From Gammaproteobacteria bacterium (lineage in GTDB: Bacteria; Pseudomonadota; Gammaproteobacteria; Pseudomonadales; Pseudohongiellaceae), in contig PAEL01000017.1 in the NCBI GenBank assembly GCA_002700775.1, positions 1 to 47,661 on the forward strand: a stretch of 47,661 nucleotides of DNA, given 5' to 3'. Shown one piece after another: positions 38,869 through 47,661 of this stretch. Every line of letters starts with the position of its first letter. The first letter of the stretch is position 1. A program made the translations under genes and the position numbers. The notes beneath the pieces are model-generated. The model saw only the letters and a program-made list of their open reading frames with translations. It searched no databases and was not told the DNA's origin.

Positions 38869-40359
38869 CTATTTAAATTCTTCCGCCGGATAGGTTTGGT
38901 ATGTGACCCCCGCCATCTTATAAACCATACGCCCAACCTGACAGCAATACCCAAACTCATTGTCATACCATAGATATAAAACCGCATGGTTCCCGTTTAC
39001 AATTGTAGCCAAAGAATCAACTATGCTGGCCTCTCGAGTACCAACAAAGTCACTTGAAACGGCATCAGGTGCCTCTGTAAAACTAACTTGATCCTGCAAT
39101 TTAGAGTGTAACGCAATCTCTCTGAGAAACTCATTGATCTCTCTCTTTGACGTATCACGACCCAAAGTTAAATTTAAAATCGCCATAGATACGTTCGGAA
39201 TTGGAACGCGAATTGCGTTCCCAGTTAATTTACCATTCAACTCAGGAATCGCTTTTACAACAGCATTTGCAGCCCCGGTTTCGGTAAGCACCATATTGAG
39301 TGCCGCACTTCGGCCTCGTCGACTTCCTTTATGGTAATTATCAATGAGGTTTTGATCATTCGTGTAAGCATGAACAGTCTCTACATGTCCCTGTTTAATT
39401 CCGTATTCATCGTTTATAACTTTTAAAACAGGCGCTATTGCATTCGTTGTGCAAGAGGCGGCGGTTAAAATTTTATCACTAGACTCGATCTCATCATCGT
39501 TAATGCCATACACAATATTCTTTAAATCGCCTTTCCCAGGAGCCGTGAGTAGAACTTTTGCGGCGCCTTTTGAGCTTAGATGCCTGGACAAACCTTCCTG
39601 ATCGCGCCACACACCGGTATTGTCGATAACAAGCGCCTCATCGATACCGTGCTCGGTATAGTCAATTTCTTCTGGAGAGTTCGCGTAAATGATCTTCATG
39701 ACATTTCCGTTCGCAATGAGACTATTACTACTATGATCAACCCTCAGAGTTCCTTGAAATGCGCCATGTACTGAATCAGACGCAAATAATGACGCCCTTT
39801 TCTCCAAGTCTCCCTCGCCGCCAGGCCGCACTACTATGGCCTTCAACTTCATAACCTCACCAGTGCTCGTCCGTTCGATCAGTAAGCGCGCCATTAGGCG
39901 GCCAATACGGCCAAATCCGTACAATACAACATCTTGACTCTTGTTCTTGAGGGTAACCTTCGATCCGTCAATGGAAGCTAACTCTTGCCTAACAAATTCA
40001 TCAACGTCTTCGCTATCTGCTTTTGAATCATTTAAATGATTCATATAACTAACTGTCAATTTCCCTAAATCAATTTGAGCATGACGTAAATCTAACTTAG
40101 AAAGGGCTATTAAAACTGGATGGGTTTCAAATTCAGACATTTCATTGCGTTCGATTTGCCGAACGAAACGATGGGACTTCATAATAAACGTAACAGAGCG
40201 ATTGTGAAGAGGTCGGCCATATATGAATATTCCAACATTGCGCTGGCTGAAAAGCTGACCAATAACCGGAATCATTTCCTGAACGAGTGCCTCTCGTTGC
40301 TTCCAGTCCCCAAAATAATCATCAACGCTTGGACGTACCACACTGCCTCCAACTTTCAT
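38869..40359 (-). CDS. gap: glyceraldehyde-3-phosphate dehydrogenase, long form with approximately 140-aa N-terminal extension
   Basis: 496 aa. The Rossmann motif LYGFGRIGR only begins near residue 147. Catalytic context ASCTTNA, plus WYDNEFGY. Divergent from mfd, like the long GAPDH paralog I recall next to mfd in Pseudomonas. Confidence 0.85.
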   Translation of the reverse strand: MKVGGSVVRPSVDDYFGDWKQREALVQEMIPVIGQLFSQRNVGIFIYGRPLHNRSVTFIMKSHRFVRQIERNEMSEFETHPVLIALSKLDLRHAQIDLGKLTVSYMNHLNDSKADSEDVDEFVRQELASIDGSKVTLKNKSQDVVLYGFGRIGRLMARLLIERTSTGEVMKLKAIVVRPGGEGDLEKRASLFASDSVHGAFQGTLRVDHSSNSLIANGNVMKIIYANSPEEIDYTEHGIDEALVIDNTGVWRDQEGLSRHLSSKGAAKVLLTAPGKGDLKNIVYGINDDEIESSDKILTAASCTTNAIAPVLKVINDEYGIKQGHVETVHAYTNDQNLIDNYHKGSRRGRSAALNMVLTETGAANAVVKAIPELNGKLTGNAIRVPIPNVSMAILNLTLGRDTSKREINEFLREIALHSKLQDQVSFTEAPDAVSSDFVGTREASIVDSLATIVNGNHAVLYLWYDNEFGYCCQVGRMVYKMAGVTYQTYPAEEFK

Positions 40360-40573
40360 TGCTTAAATACGGGGCGCTATTATCTGGATATTCAACCCTA
40401 TGTGCAAGAAGCCACATCAAACTCGTGAATTTTTCGCTTTGTTTTAAATATTCGCCCAAATCAAGCTTATTAACTACCATTGTCTTAGATGGCAGACTAA
40501 AATTATATCCTATCTAGACTTAAATTTTTGAGAAACTAAAAGCAAACGCATCCTCGAAGAATTACATACTATA

Positions 40574-43500
40574 ATGACGCATTTATTCCCCTCAGCAAGT
40601 GATCTTGACACCAATAATCAAAATTCAATTGATTACTGGAGCGAAGCTCACGGCGCAGCTCGAAGCCTAGCGATTGCAGAGACCGCAACACGAGCAAACG
40701 CTCCCTTCCTCGTAATTTGCGACAGCAATGAATCTGTAGAGGTTTTTCGACGAGAAATAGGATACTTTTGCAAAAATCGAAATGACCTCCAAGTACTTAC
40801 GCTTCCCGATTGGGAAACTCTACCCTACGATAACTTTTCACCTCACCAAGACATCATCTCTGATCGACTACGAGCACTCTTTCACCTGCCAAATTTTAAG
40901 AAAGGAATACTTGTAATTTCGATCACAAGCTTGATGCACCGCTTCCCTCCAAAAAGTTATGTATTTGCGAACACGCTGTTACTAGAAACGGGACAATCCA
41001 TACAACTGGAAAAACTGCGAGAACAATTAATAGCTGCAAACTACAATCTTTGCGAAATGGTATACGAACACGGGGAATTTGCGGTGCGCGGTTCTATTGT
41101 TGATATATTTCCGATGGGCAGCCATGCTCCTTTAAGGATTGAACTGTGGGACGAAGAGATAGAGACGATTCGAGTTTTTGATCCAGAGACGCAAAGATCC
41201 GGCACAACAAAAAAGGAAATACGTTTATTGCCGGGCCGTGAATACCCTCTAGATCCAGAGGGCGTTAGTTATTTTAGATCCGCATTCAGAGAGAGGTTTG
41301 ATATTGACTGTCGAGAAAGCCCAATCTATCAGGACGTCAGTGAAGGGATTGCCTCTGCTGGGCTTGAGTATTATCTCTCTTTATTTTTCGCAGAATTAGA
41401 ATCATTCTCCGATTATCTCCCAAAGAACACTGTAGTTTGCAGAGCCGGCGACTTAAAAAATACTGGTGAAAAGTTCTGGAATGAGATAACAGCACGATTT
41501 GAAGAACGTAGGTATGATCAAATAAAGCCAATCCTCGAACCAAGTGAAGTTTTTCTGAAAGTCGATGAAATTCTTAACTACCTAAAACCCTTTAGGCAAG
41601 TGGCCTTTGCAGATATTGCCGACTGCAAACCTCTCAAATCTCTTGCGCTGCCCCCATTAAATGCTGATAGGACCCTTTCGGATCCGTTTGCACTCCTGAA
41701 GTCATTTTTGCTCGATAACTCGGCTCATCGAATATTATTCTGTGCAGAAACAAATGGACGGCGAGAATCTCTATTAGAAATGTTACACGAGATAAATATA
41801 AAGCCTGTCCCAGTTGAGCACTGGGATCAATTCGTTAACAGCAAGGAAATTTTAGGAATTACCATTGCGAATATTGATCAAGGTCTTTGGCTGCCCGAGC
41901 ATCGCCTGGCGTTAGTCAGCGAGTCTCTGTTATTCAGCACGAAAGTGGCTCAGCGGCGCCGGCGCAACAAGAAAGCCAATACAGACTTAATCGTTAGAGA
42001 TTTAACAGAACTCCGAGTGGACGATGCAGTAGTTCATGTGGATCATGGTATTGGGCGATATAGAGGCCTTGAAAACATAATAACTGAGGACCAAGCAACC
42101 GAGTTTTTAATAATAGAGTATGCTGCCTCCGCTAAGCTTTATGTTCCGGTTTCATCTTTACATCTCATAAGCAGATACAGCGGAGGAAATCAAGCGACCG
42201 CCCCCCTTAATCACTTAGGTAGCGATCAGTGGGAAAAAACAAAAAGACGCGCTGCTGAAAAAATTCGAGATGTCGCTGCAGAACTTCTTGACGTCTATGC
42301 CCAAAGAGAAGCAAAAAAAGGATTTCAATACACATACAAAAATATCGACTACAACAAATTTGTTGCAGCCTTCCCATTTGAAGAAACTGCAGATCAACAA
42401 GCGGCAATCGACTCAATCTGTCTCGACATGGCCGCAGAACAACCGATGGATCGACTAATCTGTGGAGATGTCGGGTTTGGTAAAACTGAAGTTGCAATGA
42501 GAGCTGCATTCATCGCTGTGCAAAATCATAAACAGGTGGCCATATTAGTTCCAACAACGTTGCTTGCCCAACAACACTTTGAAACTTTTAAAGATCGCTT
42601 CTCAGACTGGCCAATTGAAGTCGAGGTTATTTCTAGATTCAAGACGACCACAGAACAAAAAGCGAGCTTACGAGGAGTTACTAGCGGAAAAACTGATATT
42701 TTAATCGGTACCCACAAGCTACTGAACAATGAGATTAAATACAAAGATTTAGGGCTTTTAATTGTGGACGAGGAACATCGCTTCGGTGTCCGTCAGAAAG
42801 AAAAACTTAAAAGCATGCGCCTCGATGTTGATATTCTAACTTTAACCGCAACACCAATTCCTCGAACCCTAAATTTATCACTTAATGGCATTAGAGACCT
42901 TTCACTGATAGTAACTCCTCCCCCTCGACGTCTTTCGGTCAAGACATTTGTTCATCGAAAACAAGAAAGTCTAATTAAGGAAGCTTGCGCAAGAGAGTTG
43001 CTAAGAGGCGGCCAGATCTTTTTCGTTCACAACGAAGTGAGCTCTATAGATCAGATATCTGCAGAGTTAGCCGCACTAATGCCGCAATCTCGAGTCGCGA
43101 TGGCTCACGGACAAATGACTGAAAGAAATCTTGAGAGAGTCATGAGCGATTTTTATCACAAACGATATAACATTTTAGTTTGCACAACGATTATCGAGAC
43201 TGGTATCGATATCCCTAGTGCCAATACGATCATTATAAATCGGGCCGATAAACTTGGACTTGCGCAGCTTCATCAGCTCAGAGGTCGTGTTGGCCGATCT
43301 CATCATCAAGCATACGCATACTTACTTTTATCTAATGAAGCAAAACTAAAAGGAGATGCTGAAAAACGGATCGAGGCCATACAAGCGGCAAGCGAACTTG
43401 GAGCAGGATTTACACTGGCAAGTCATGACTTAGAAATTCGAGGAGCCGGCGAACTGCTCGGAGATGATCAAAGCGGACATATGGCTAAAATAGGATTCTC

Positions 43501-44047
43501 CCTTTTCACCGAAATGCTTGAAGAAGCCGTGTCTGCGATAAAAGATGGCCGCGTGCCAAGTATTGATCTAGATTCGAGCAAGACTGTGGAACTTAATCTT
43601 CGAATCCCTGCTCTTATTCCTGAAACCTACTTACCGGATGTGCATCTCCGTCTTATGTTTTACAAACGTATTTCAGCATTACAAAGCAACGACGAACTCC
43701 GTGATTTACAGGTCGAAATGATTGATCGATTCGGCCTACATCCAGATCCCCTTAAACTATTGTTTCGACTAACTCAACTGAGATTTAGAGCGCAAGCTTG
43801 CGGGATAAAGAAATTGGATGCAGGTTCCATCAATGGCTATATTCAGTTTGGTCCAGATACAAAGATCGATCCCCAGTTGCTGGTTAGTCTAATTCAGAAG
43901 GCACCGATGCAATTTAAATTTGGCGAGGCAAATCAATTAAGATTTGTTCATCAGCGCGAGGCACCAGAAGACAAACTCAATTTCATGAATGGCTTACTTG
44001 ACGAGCTACAACCAAAAGAGTTAGAAAGACCGGATGGAGACAAATAA
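40574..44047 (+). CDS. mfd: transcription-repair coupling factor
   Basis: 1157 aa. UvrB-homology N-terminus, RNAP-interaction domain (VVHVDHGIGRY), helicase motifs GDVGFGKTEVA, DEEHRFGV, TATPIPRT, QLRGRVGR, and a TRG region. Confidence 0.95.
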   Translation: MTHLFPSASDLDTNNQNSIDYWSEAHGAARSLAIAETATRANAPFLVICDSNESVEVFRREIGYFCKNRNDLQVLTLPDWETLPYDNFSPHQDIISDRLRALFHLPNFKKGILVISITSLMHRFPPKSYVFANTLLLETGQSIQLEKLREQLIAANYNLCEMVYEHGEFAVRGSIVDIFPMGSHAPLRIELWDEEIETIRVFDPETQRSGTTKKEIRLLPGREYPLDPEGVSYFRSAFRERFDIDCRESPIYQDVSEGIASAGLEYYLSLFFAELESFSDYLPKNTVVCRAGDLKNTGEKFWNEITARFEERRYDQIKPILEPSEVFLKVDEILNYLKPFRQVAFADIADCKPLKSLALPPLNADRTLSDPFALLKSFLLDNSAHRILFCAETNGRRESLLEMLHEINIKPVPVEHWDQFVNSKEILGITIANIDQGLWLPEHRLALVSESLLFSTKVAQRRRRNKKANTDLIVRDLTELRVDDAVVHVDHGIGRYRGLENIITEDQATEFLIIEYAASAKLYVPVSSLHLISRYSGGNQATAPLNHLGSDQWEKTKRRAAEKIRDVAAELLDVYAQREAKKGFQYTYKNIDYNKFVAAFPFEETADQQAAIDSICLDMAAEQPMDRLICGDVGFGKTEVAMRAAFIAVQNHKQVAILVPTTLLAQQHFETFKDRFSDWPIEVEVISRFKTTTEQKASLRGVTSGKTDILIGTHKLLNNEIKYKDLGLLIVDEEHRFGVRQKEKLKSMRLDVDILTLTATPIPRTLNLSLNGIRDLSLIVTPPPRRLSVKTFVHRKQESLIKEACARELLRGGQIFFVHNEVSSIDQISAELAALMPQSRVAMAHGQMTERNLERVMSDFYHKRYNILVCTTIIETGIDIPSANTIIINRADKLGLAQLHQLRGRVGRSHHQAYAYLLLSNEAKLKGDAEKRIEAIQAASELGAGFTLASHDLEIRGAGELLGDDQSGHMAKIGFSLFTEMLEEAVSAIKDGRVPSIDLDSSKTVELNLRIPALIPETYLPDVHLRLMFYKRISALQSNDELRDLQVEMIDRFGLHPDPLKLLFRLTQLRFRAQACGIKKLDAGSINGYIQFGPDTKIDPQLLVSLIQKAPMQFKFGEANQLRFVHQREAPEDKLNFMNGLLDELQPKELERPDGDK

Positions 44048-44903
44048 TCTGCGCTTGCTCACCAATCTTCAAAAAAAGACTTTAAATCTGACTTTATTTA
44101 TATTTTTTGGAGCACTCATACTTCAACATTCCAACGGATTTGCTCAAGGCGAAACGCGTTGGTTTCAGATTGAAATTAGCATTTTTAGCAACCAACTCAC
44201 TGCGGACAGAGATTCCGAATTTTGGGCGCCAGACAAACAATTGACTTACCCCGAGTCAGTGATTGCGCTAAAAACGGTATCTGATATTTTAACCCCATCA
44301 GATTGGGCAACTTCCGTAGAGAGCCCTGGCCCGCTTGACTTTACTGAAACAGATATTAACAGCTTTGAACGACCTTTAGCCGAGAATAACTTAAATATAG
44401 GTAGCGGCACTCCTTTTCGTCTTATATCAATTGAAAAAGATGCATTTCTGAGTTTGCCGCCACGATTTAGCGATTTCGAACAAACAAATCAGGCACTGCA
44501 TCGATCAACAGAGTACCGTTTATTAAAACACCTTGTATGGCGACAACCGATGCCGGAGAAAAAAAATGCCATACCGATACTAATTGATAATAGTGATAAT
44601 ATCTCACAATCTGAAGAAATCGGCGGCAGCGTTATGGTTTATTTCAACCGAAATAAGGATCGCATTGTTGTCGACAGTAATTTATGGCTTTTAAACCTCG
44701 ATGCGCCACGGAAAGACGACACTTGGGAAATTCCTCCTTTTCCGAAACAAACTGGCGATGCAAACAATATTCAAAGAAACGCAAATTTAGTTTACGAATT
44801 GACAGATCAAAGAGAAGTACGAAGTGGGGAATTTCATTACATTGATCACCCCGCCTTCGGTTATGTCGTATCAATTACTCGACATGCTCAACCAGAGGAA
44901 TAG
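44034..44903 (+). CDS. CsiV-family periplasmic protein (peptidoglycan-associated, function poorly known)
   Basis: Signal peptide, then WFQIEISIFS, VWRQP and the C-terminal GEFHYIDHPAFGYVVSI, which I recognise as the CsiV family signature. 14-nt overlap with the mfd stop. Confidence 0.6.
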   Translation: METNNLRLLTNLQKKTLNLTLFIFFGALILQHSNGFAQGETRWFQIEISIFSNQLTADRDSEFWAPDKQLTYPESVIALKTVSDILTPSDWATSVESPGPLDFTETDINSFERPLAENNLNIGSGTPFRLISIEKDAFLSLPPRFSDFEQTNQALHRSTEYRLLKHLVWRQPMPEKKNAIPILIDNSDNISQSEEIGGSVMVYFNRNKDRIVVDSNLWLLNLDAPRKDDTWEIPPFPKQTGDANNIQRNANLVYELTDQREVRSGEFHYIDHPAFGYVVSITRHAQPEE

Positions 44904-44948
44904 AATGAGCTTTCACGCTTAAAAACCAGTGAAATTACAAACATTTCG

Positions 44949-45725
44949 CTAAAAGTGTAACTTCGATATACAAACTTCCAATGTTTCAGCAATAAATGCC
45001 CGACAACTATCTGCCTTATCAAAAACTTCCGCCAATTTAATTGGGAGACTGCCAACTCCCGCAGCTAGATTCACAACAAATGCAAGACAAGCGTATTCTA
45101 GCTCGACTTCTCGAGCCAAAGAGGCTTCTGGCATACCCGTCATACCTACAATATTGCACCCATCAGCCGCGAGGCGCTTAATTTCTGCAGCCGTTTCCAA
45201 TCTCGGGCCCTGCGTACAAGCATAGCAACCATGATCTACAATAGACTCTTTACTACCGTTCCTCGAGGCTACGTCACCAGCAGCCTTTATGATGAGGGCC
45301 CTCAAACTCTCAGTATAAGGCTTACTAAAATCGATATGACTAACGCTCGAAGTTAAACCATCAAAAAATGTCATCTCTCGATCGCTGGTATAGTCAATTA
45401 ATTGATCAGGCACAACAAAAGAACCCGGTTTCAATGTGCTAGTTATTCCACCAACAGCATTAACTGCAATTATTTTTGTCACCCCAAGATTTTTCAAAGC
45501 CCAAATATTCGCCCGGTAATTAATTCGATGTGGCGGCGTAGAATGCTTGAACCCATGGCGAGGAAGAAATAATAATTCTTTGGAGTCGACGCGCCAGTAC
45601 TCAACCGTAACTTTGTCGTTATGATCATTGCCAAACGGTGTCTCAACGCGCTGCTGTCTTTCGAGCCCCCCCCAACCAAATTGATTTGGCTCGGCAAGTC
45701 CCGTTCCCCCAATTATTCCAAGCAT
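44949..45725 (-). CDS. mtnP: S-methyl-5'-thioadenosine/thioinosine phosphorylase (PNP family 2)
   Basis: 258 aa with motifs MLGIIGGTG, FLPRHG..H..PPHRINYRANIWALK, GPRLETAAE, GMTGMPEA. Confidence 0.85.
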   Translation of the reverse strand: MLGIIGGTGLAEPNQFGWGGLERQQRVETPFGNDHNDKVTVEYWRVDSKELLFLPRHGFKHSTPPHRINYRANIWALKNLGVTKIIAVNAVGGITSTLKPGSFVVPDQLIDYTSDREMTFFDGLTSSVSHIDFSKPYTESLRALIIKAAGDVASRNGSKESIVDHGCYACTQGPRLETAAEIKRLAADGCNIVGMTGMPEASLAREVELEYACLAFVVNLAAGVGSLPIKLAEVFDKADSCRAFIAETLEVCISKLHF

Positions 45726-45892
45726 ACTTATTCTCTCTCAAAGCAATATTCGATCATAAACGCCTGACTTAAATCTTAACCAAAACCAGAAGGCAGATGT
45801 CGACCACTGCTTGTGGCTTTTACAAAAAACGCACGCAGGCTCATATCCAAAGCACAAGCACCCCTAATTTAGCTAATGGGTTAGGGAGTGTA

Positions 45893-45969
45893 TGGCGCGC
45901 CCGGGAGGACTCGAACCTCCAACCCCCGGCTTAGAAGGCCGGTGCTCTATCCGGTTGAGCTACGGGCGC
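45893..45969 (-). tRNA. tRNA-Arg (anticodon TCT), CCA encoded
   Basis: The reverse complement GCGCCCG-TA-GCTC-AACCGGATA-GAGC-A-CCGGC-CTTCTAA-GCCGG-GGGTT-GGAGG-TTCGAGT-CCTCC-CGGGCGC-G-CCA folds as a 77-nt cloverleaf. Confidence 0.9.
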
Positions 45970-46055
45970 ATAACGGTTTATGTAACATGATAACAAGCAG
46001 ATTGCCGGAACAACTGAGCAGTCCTGGGAACTCTGCAACCGGCCTCTTGAAAAAG

Positions 46056-46132
46056 TGGGGTGACTGACGGGGTTCGAACCCGCGACCACCGGAGTCACAG
46101 TCCAGGGCTCTACCAGCTGAGCTACAGTCACC
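46056..46132 (-). tRNA. tRNA-His (anticodon GTG) with encoded G-1 and CCA
   Basis: The reverse complement G-GTGACTG-TA-GCTC-AGCTGGTA-GAGC-C-CTGGA-CTGTGAC-TCCGG-TGGTC-GCGGG-TTCGAAC-CCCGT-CAGTCAC-C-CCA. The extra 5' G pairs with C73, a His identity feature. Confidence 0.9.
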
Positions 46133-46139
46133 ATTAAAT

Positions 46140-46216
46140 TGGTCGGGGTAGAGGGATTTGAACCCCCGACATCTTGCTCCCAAAGCAAGCGCGCTACCAG
46201 ACTGCGCTATACCCCG
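46140..46216 (-). tRNA. tRNA-Pro (anticodon TGG), CCA encoded
   Basis: The reverse complement CGGGGTA-TA-GCGC-AGTCTGGTA-GCGC-G-CTTGC-TTTGGGA-GCAAG-ATGTC-GGGGG-TTCAAAT-CCCTC-TACCCCG-A-CCA, 77 nt. Confidence 0.9.
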
Positions 46217-46277
46217 ACAAAACTCAACGGACTTTCTTCTACCGCTTTAATTAACAACAATAGTTTTAGGAGGCAGA

Positions 46278-46306
46278 ATGTTACTCGCGCCGCTGGGCTC
46301 AGTCAA
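46278..46306 (-). promoter_or_regulatory. candidate sigma70 promoter for the tRNA Pro-His-Arg cluster (-35 TTGACT, 17 nt, -10 TAACAT)
   Basis: On the minus strand TTGACT sits at 46306-46301 and TAACAT at 46283-46278, about 60 nt upstream of tRNA-Pro. Hexamer match by eye only. Read-through from cysS is equally possible. Confidence 0.3.
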
Positions 46307-46371
46307 TGTTTTAACCGTCTCAGCAACGTTTCTATTCAAGATTTAGCTACCTCAACTAAAACCACGAGCAT

Positions 46372-47661
46372 TTATCCTTTTCTCCAACCTGTAGCGCCCG
46401 GTGCCCCATCCTCCAAAACAATATTTAACTCTTGCAACCTATCTCGAATATCATCTGCCTTAGTCCAATTCTTATTTGCTCGCGCCTCATCCCGCATTCT
46501 GATCAGACTCTCAATCTGATCATTTGACATCTTGTTCTCGCCCCCCCCTTTTAGAAACGACTCAGGGCTTTGTTGAGCAATTCCAAGGTTCGCAGCGAGC
46601 CGAACCATCAGCGCGCCTAACTGTCCGGCCAATTCTGCGTTCTCTTCTTTGCACTTGAAGATCTCTTTTGCCATATCAAAGAGCACACTCAGAGCACCAG
46701 GTGTATTAAAATCATCCTGCATACACGCGTGAAAAGCTTTCTCGTATCGACTGTTAGTTAACGACTTTGCATTTGTGAAGCCCAAGCCCGATAGTGAGTT
46801 ATACAATCGCTCCAAGGAGGATCTGCTTTGCATAAGGCTCTCGTCCGAGTAGTTTATCGGGCTCCGATAATGACTAGCAATGAGCAAGTATCGAATTGTT
46901 TCTGCGTCGTAAACTTTTAAAACCTCTCTAACGGTAAAAAAATTATGAAGAGACTTTGACATTTTTTCATTATCAACTCTCAACGGTCCGTTGTGCATCC
47001 AAATATTCGCAAACTTTGCACCAGTAGCCGCCTCAGATTGAGCGATTTCATTTTCATGATGCGGAAACAAAAGATCAGAACCCCCGCCATGAATGTCGAT
47101 AGTGTCATTGAGACAACAAGTAGACATAGCGGAACATTCAATATGCCAACCGGGCCGTCCATAACCCCACGGCGAGTCCCAACCAACGCCATCTTCTGCA
47201 GCGGCCTTCCATAAAACAAAGTCTCTTGGATCTTTTTTTAATTCCCCGACTTCTATGCGAGCGCCATCCAACAATTCATCCAATTTCTTTTTAGACAGAC
47301 GACCATAGTCCTTGAATTGCGTTACGGAGAAATAGACATCTCCATTGACAGCACAATACGCGAAATCTTTAAGTATCAGGTTCTCAATCATCGAAATAAT
47401 TTCTTCAATATGCCCTGTAGCACGCGGCTCTTGATCCGGGGGAAGGACTCCAAGTAATTCTTCGTCTCGATGCATCTCATCGATAAATCTTTTTGTAAGA
47501 TCCGAGTATAGCTCTCCGTTCTCTGCAGCTCTGTGTAATATTTTGTCGTCGATATCAGTAATATTTCTTACATATTCGACATCTAAGCCGATGAAACGGA
47601 GGTACCTAGTAACCACATCAAATGCTACCAACATCCTAGCGTGCCCAAGATGCAAGTAGTC
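46372..47661 (-). CDS. cysS: cysteine--tRNA ligase, 5'-truncated by the window edge
   Basis: The frame is open to nt 47661 (..DYLHLGHAR, the HIGH motif region), so the listed TTG start is not real. KMSKS motif present (NEKMSKSLHNFF), along with WHIECS. Confidence 0.95.
   Translation of the reverse strand, partial: DYLHLGHARMLVAFDVVTRYLRFIGLDVEYVRNITDIDDKILHRAAENGELYSDLTKRFIDEMHRDEELLGVLPPDQEPRATGHIEEIISMIENLILKDFAYCAVNGDVYFSVTQFKDYGRLSKKKLDELLDGARIEVGELKKDPRDFVLWKAAAEDGVGWDSPWGYGRPGWHIECSAMSTCCLNDTIDIHGGGSDLLFPHHENEIAQSEAATGAKFANIWMHNGPLRVDNEKMSKSLHNFFTVREVLKVYDAETIRYLLIASHYRSPINYSDESLMQSRSSLERLYNSLSGLGFTNAKSLTNSRYEKAFHACMQDDFNTPGALSVLFDMAKEIFKCKEENAELAGQLGALMVRLAANLGIAQQSPESFLKGGGENKMSNDQIESLIRMRDEARANKNWTKADDIRDRLQELNIVLEDGAPGATGWRKG

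Noticed and set aside
38709-38987. 92-aa minus-strand ORF bridging the gap 3' end and the apbE start
   Set aside because: It is out of frame with both well-supported genes, overlaps them at each end, and has no recognisable motif.
44911-44934. Inverted repeat TTTCAC-N12-GTGAAA between the convergent csiV-like and mtnP genes, considered as a bidirectional terminator
   Set aside because: It is a 6-bp AT-rich stem with a 12-nt loop and no flanking T/A runs, so the predicted stability is very low.
45862-45888. Possible rho-independent terminator after tRNA-Arg (minus-strand CCCTAA-N13-TTAGGG followed by GTGCTTGTGCTTTGG)
   Set aside because: The stem is only 6 bp plus a wobble, the loop is 13 nt, and the U-tract is interrupted. 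That is too weak to call.
45970-46055. 86-nt spacer between tRNA-His and tRNA-Arg (versus 7 nt between Pro and His), examined as a possible decayed tRNA such as the Leu of the E. coli argX-hisR-leuT-proM operon
   Set aside because: There is no GTTCRA T-loop motif, no acceptor/T-arm complementarity and no cloverleaf. The only feature is a 5-bp GCCGG/CCGGC pairing around a large loop. It is probably just a processing spacer.
45931-46519. ORFs of 78-126 aa on both strands covering the tRNA cluster and the cysS-tRNA spacer
   Set aside because: They run straight through three well-folding tRNA genes. Open frames of this kind are expected in GC-rich structured RNA genes.
1-47661. Looked across the window for CRISPR repeats, IS/transposase or integrase genes, phage genes, toxin-antitoxin pairs, restriction-modification or other defence genes, long direct repeats, and frameshifted or pseudogenised ORFs
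   Set aside because: None found. Every ORF of 100 aa or more that is not a frame shadow has a plausible housekeeping or conserved-hypothetical assignment, and no tRNA-flanked island is present. The tRNA cluster is bounded by cysS and mtnP with only short spacers.

Overview
This 47.7-kb window is gene-dense core chromosome, most likely from a moderately AT-rich marine-type gammaproteobacterium. I call 43 CDS (two cut by the window edges), a three-gene tRNA cluster (Pro-His-Arg, minus strand) and a few regulatory sites. Gene identities come from diagnostic motifs I recognised in the supplied translations, since no searches could be run. Local gene order follows blocks I remember from Pseudomonas: nagZ..lexA..topA, leuCD-asd-fimV-truA-trpF..accD-folC-dedD-cvpA-purF, sthA-apbE-gap / mfd-csiV-mtnP, and cysS-tRNAs. 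Packing is very tight, with many 1-22 nt start/stop overlaps and two convergent gene pairs whose stop codons share a single CTAG. I saw no IS element, integrase, phage gene, CRISPR array, toxin-antitoxin pair, recognisable defence gene or pseudogene. I therefore do not see a convincing novel system here and judge this an ordinary housekeeping region. The only multi-gene block of unresolved function is a complete, translationally coupled MoxR-DUF58-DUF4381-VWA-VWA/TPR-BatD (Bat-like) operon at 10.7-17.8 kb, which belongs to a known family. Secondary curiosities: a 36-nt near-perfect palindrome at the pyrD 5' end, two abutting SOS boxes at lexA, a miniaturised FimV-like protein, a conserved-hypothetical OmpA-like/small-membrane-protein pair, and synteny gaps (no leuB after leuD, no nqr operon next to apbE). 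All of these have low to moderate interest.
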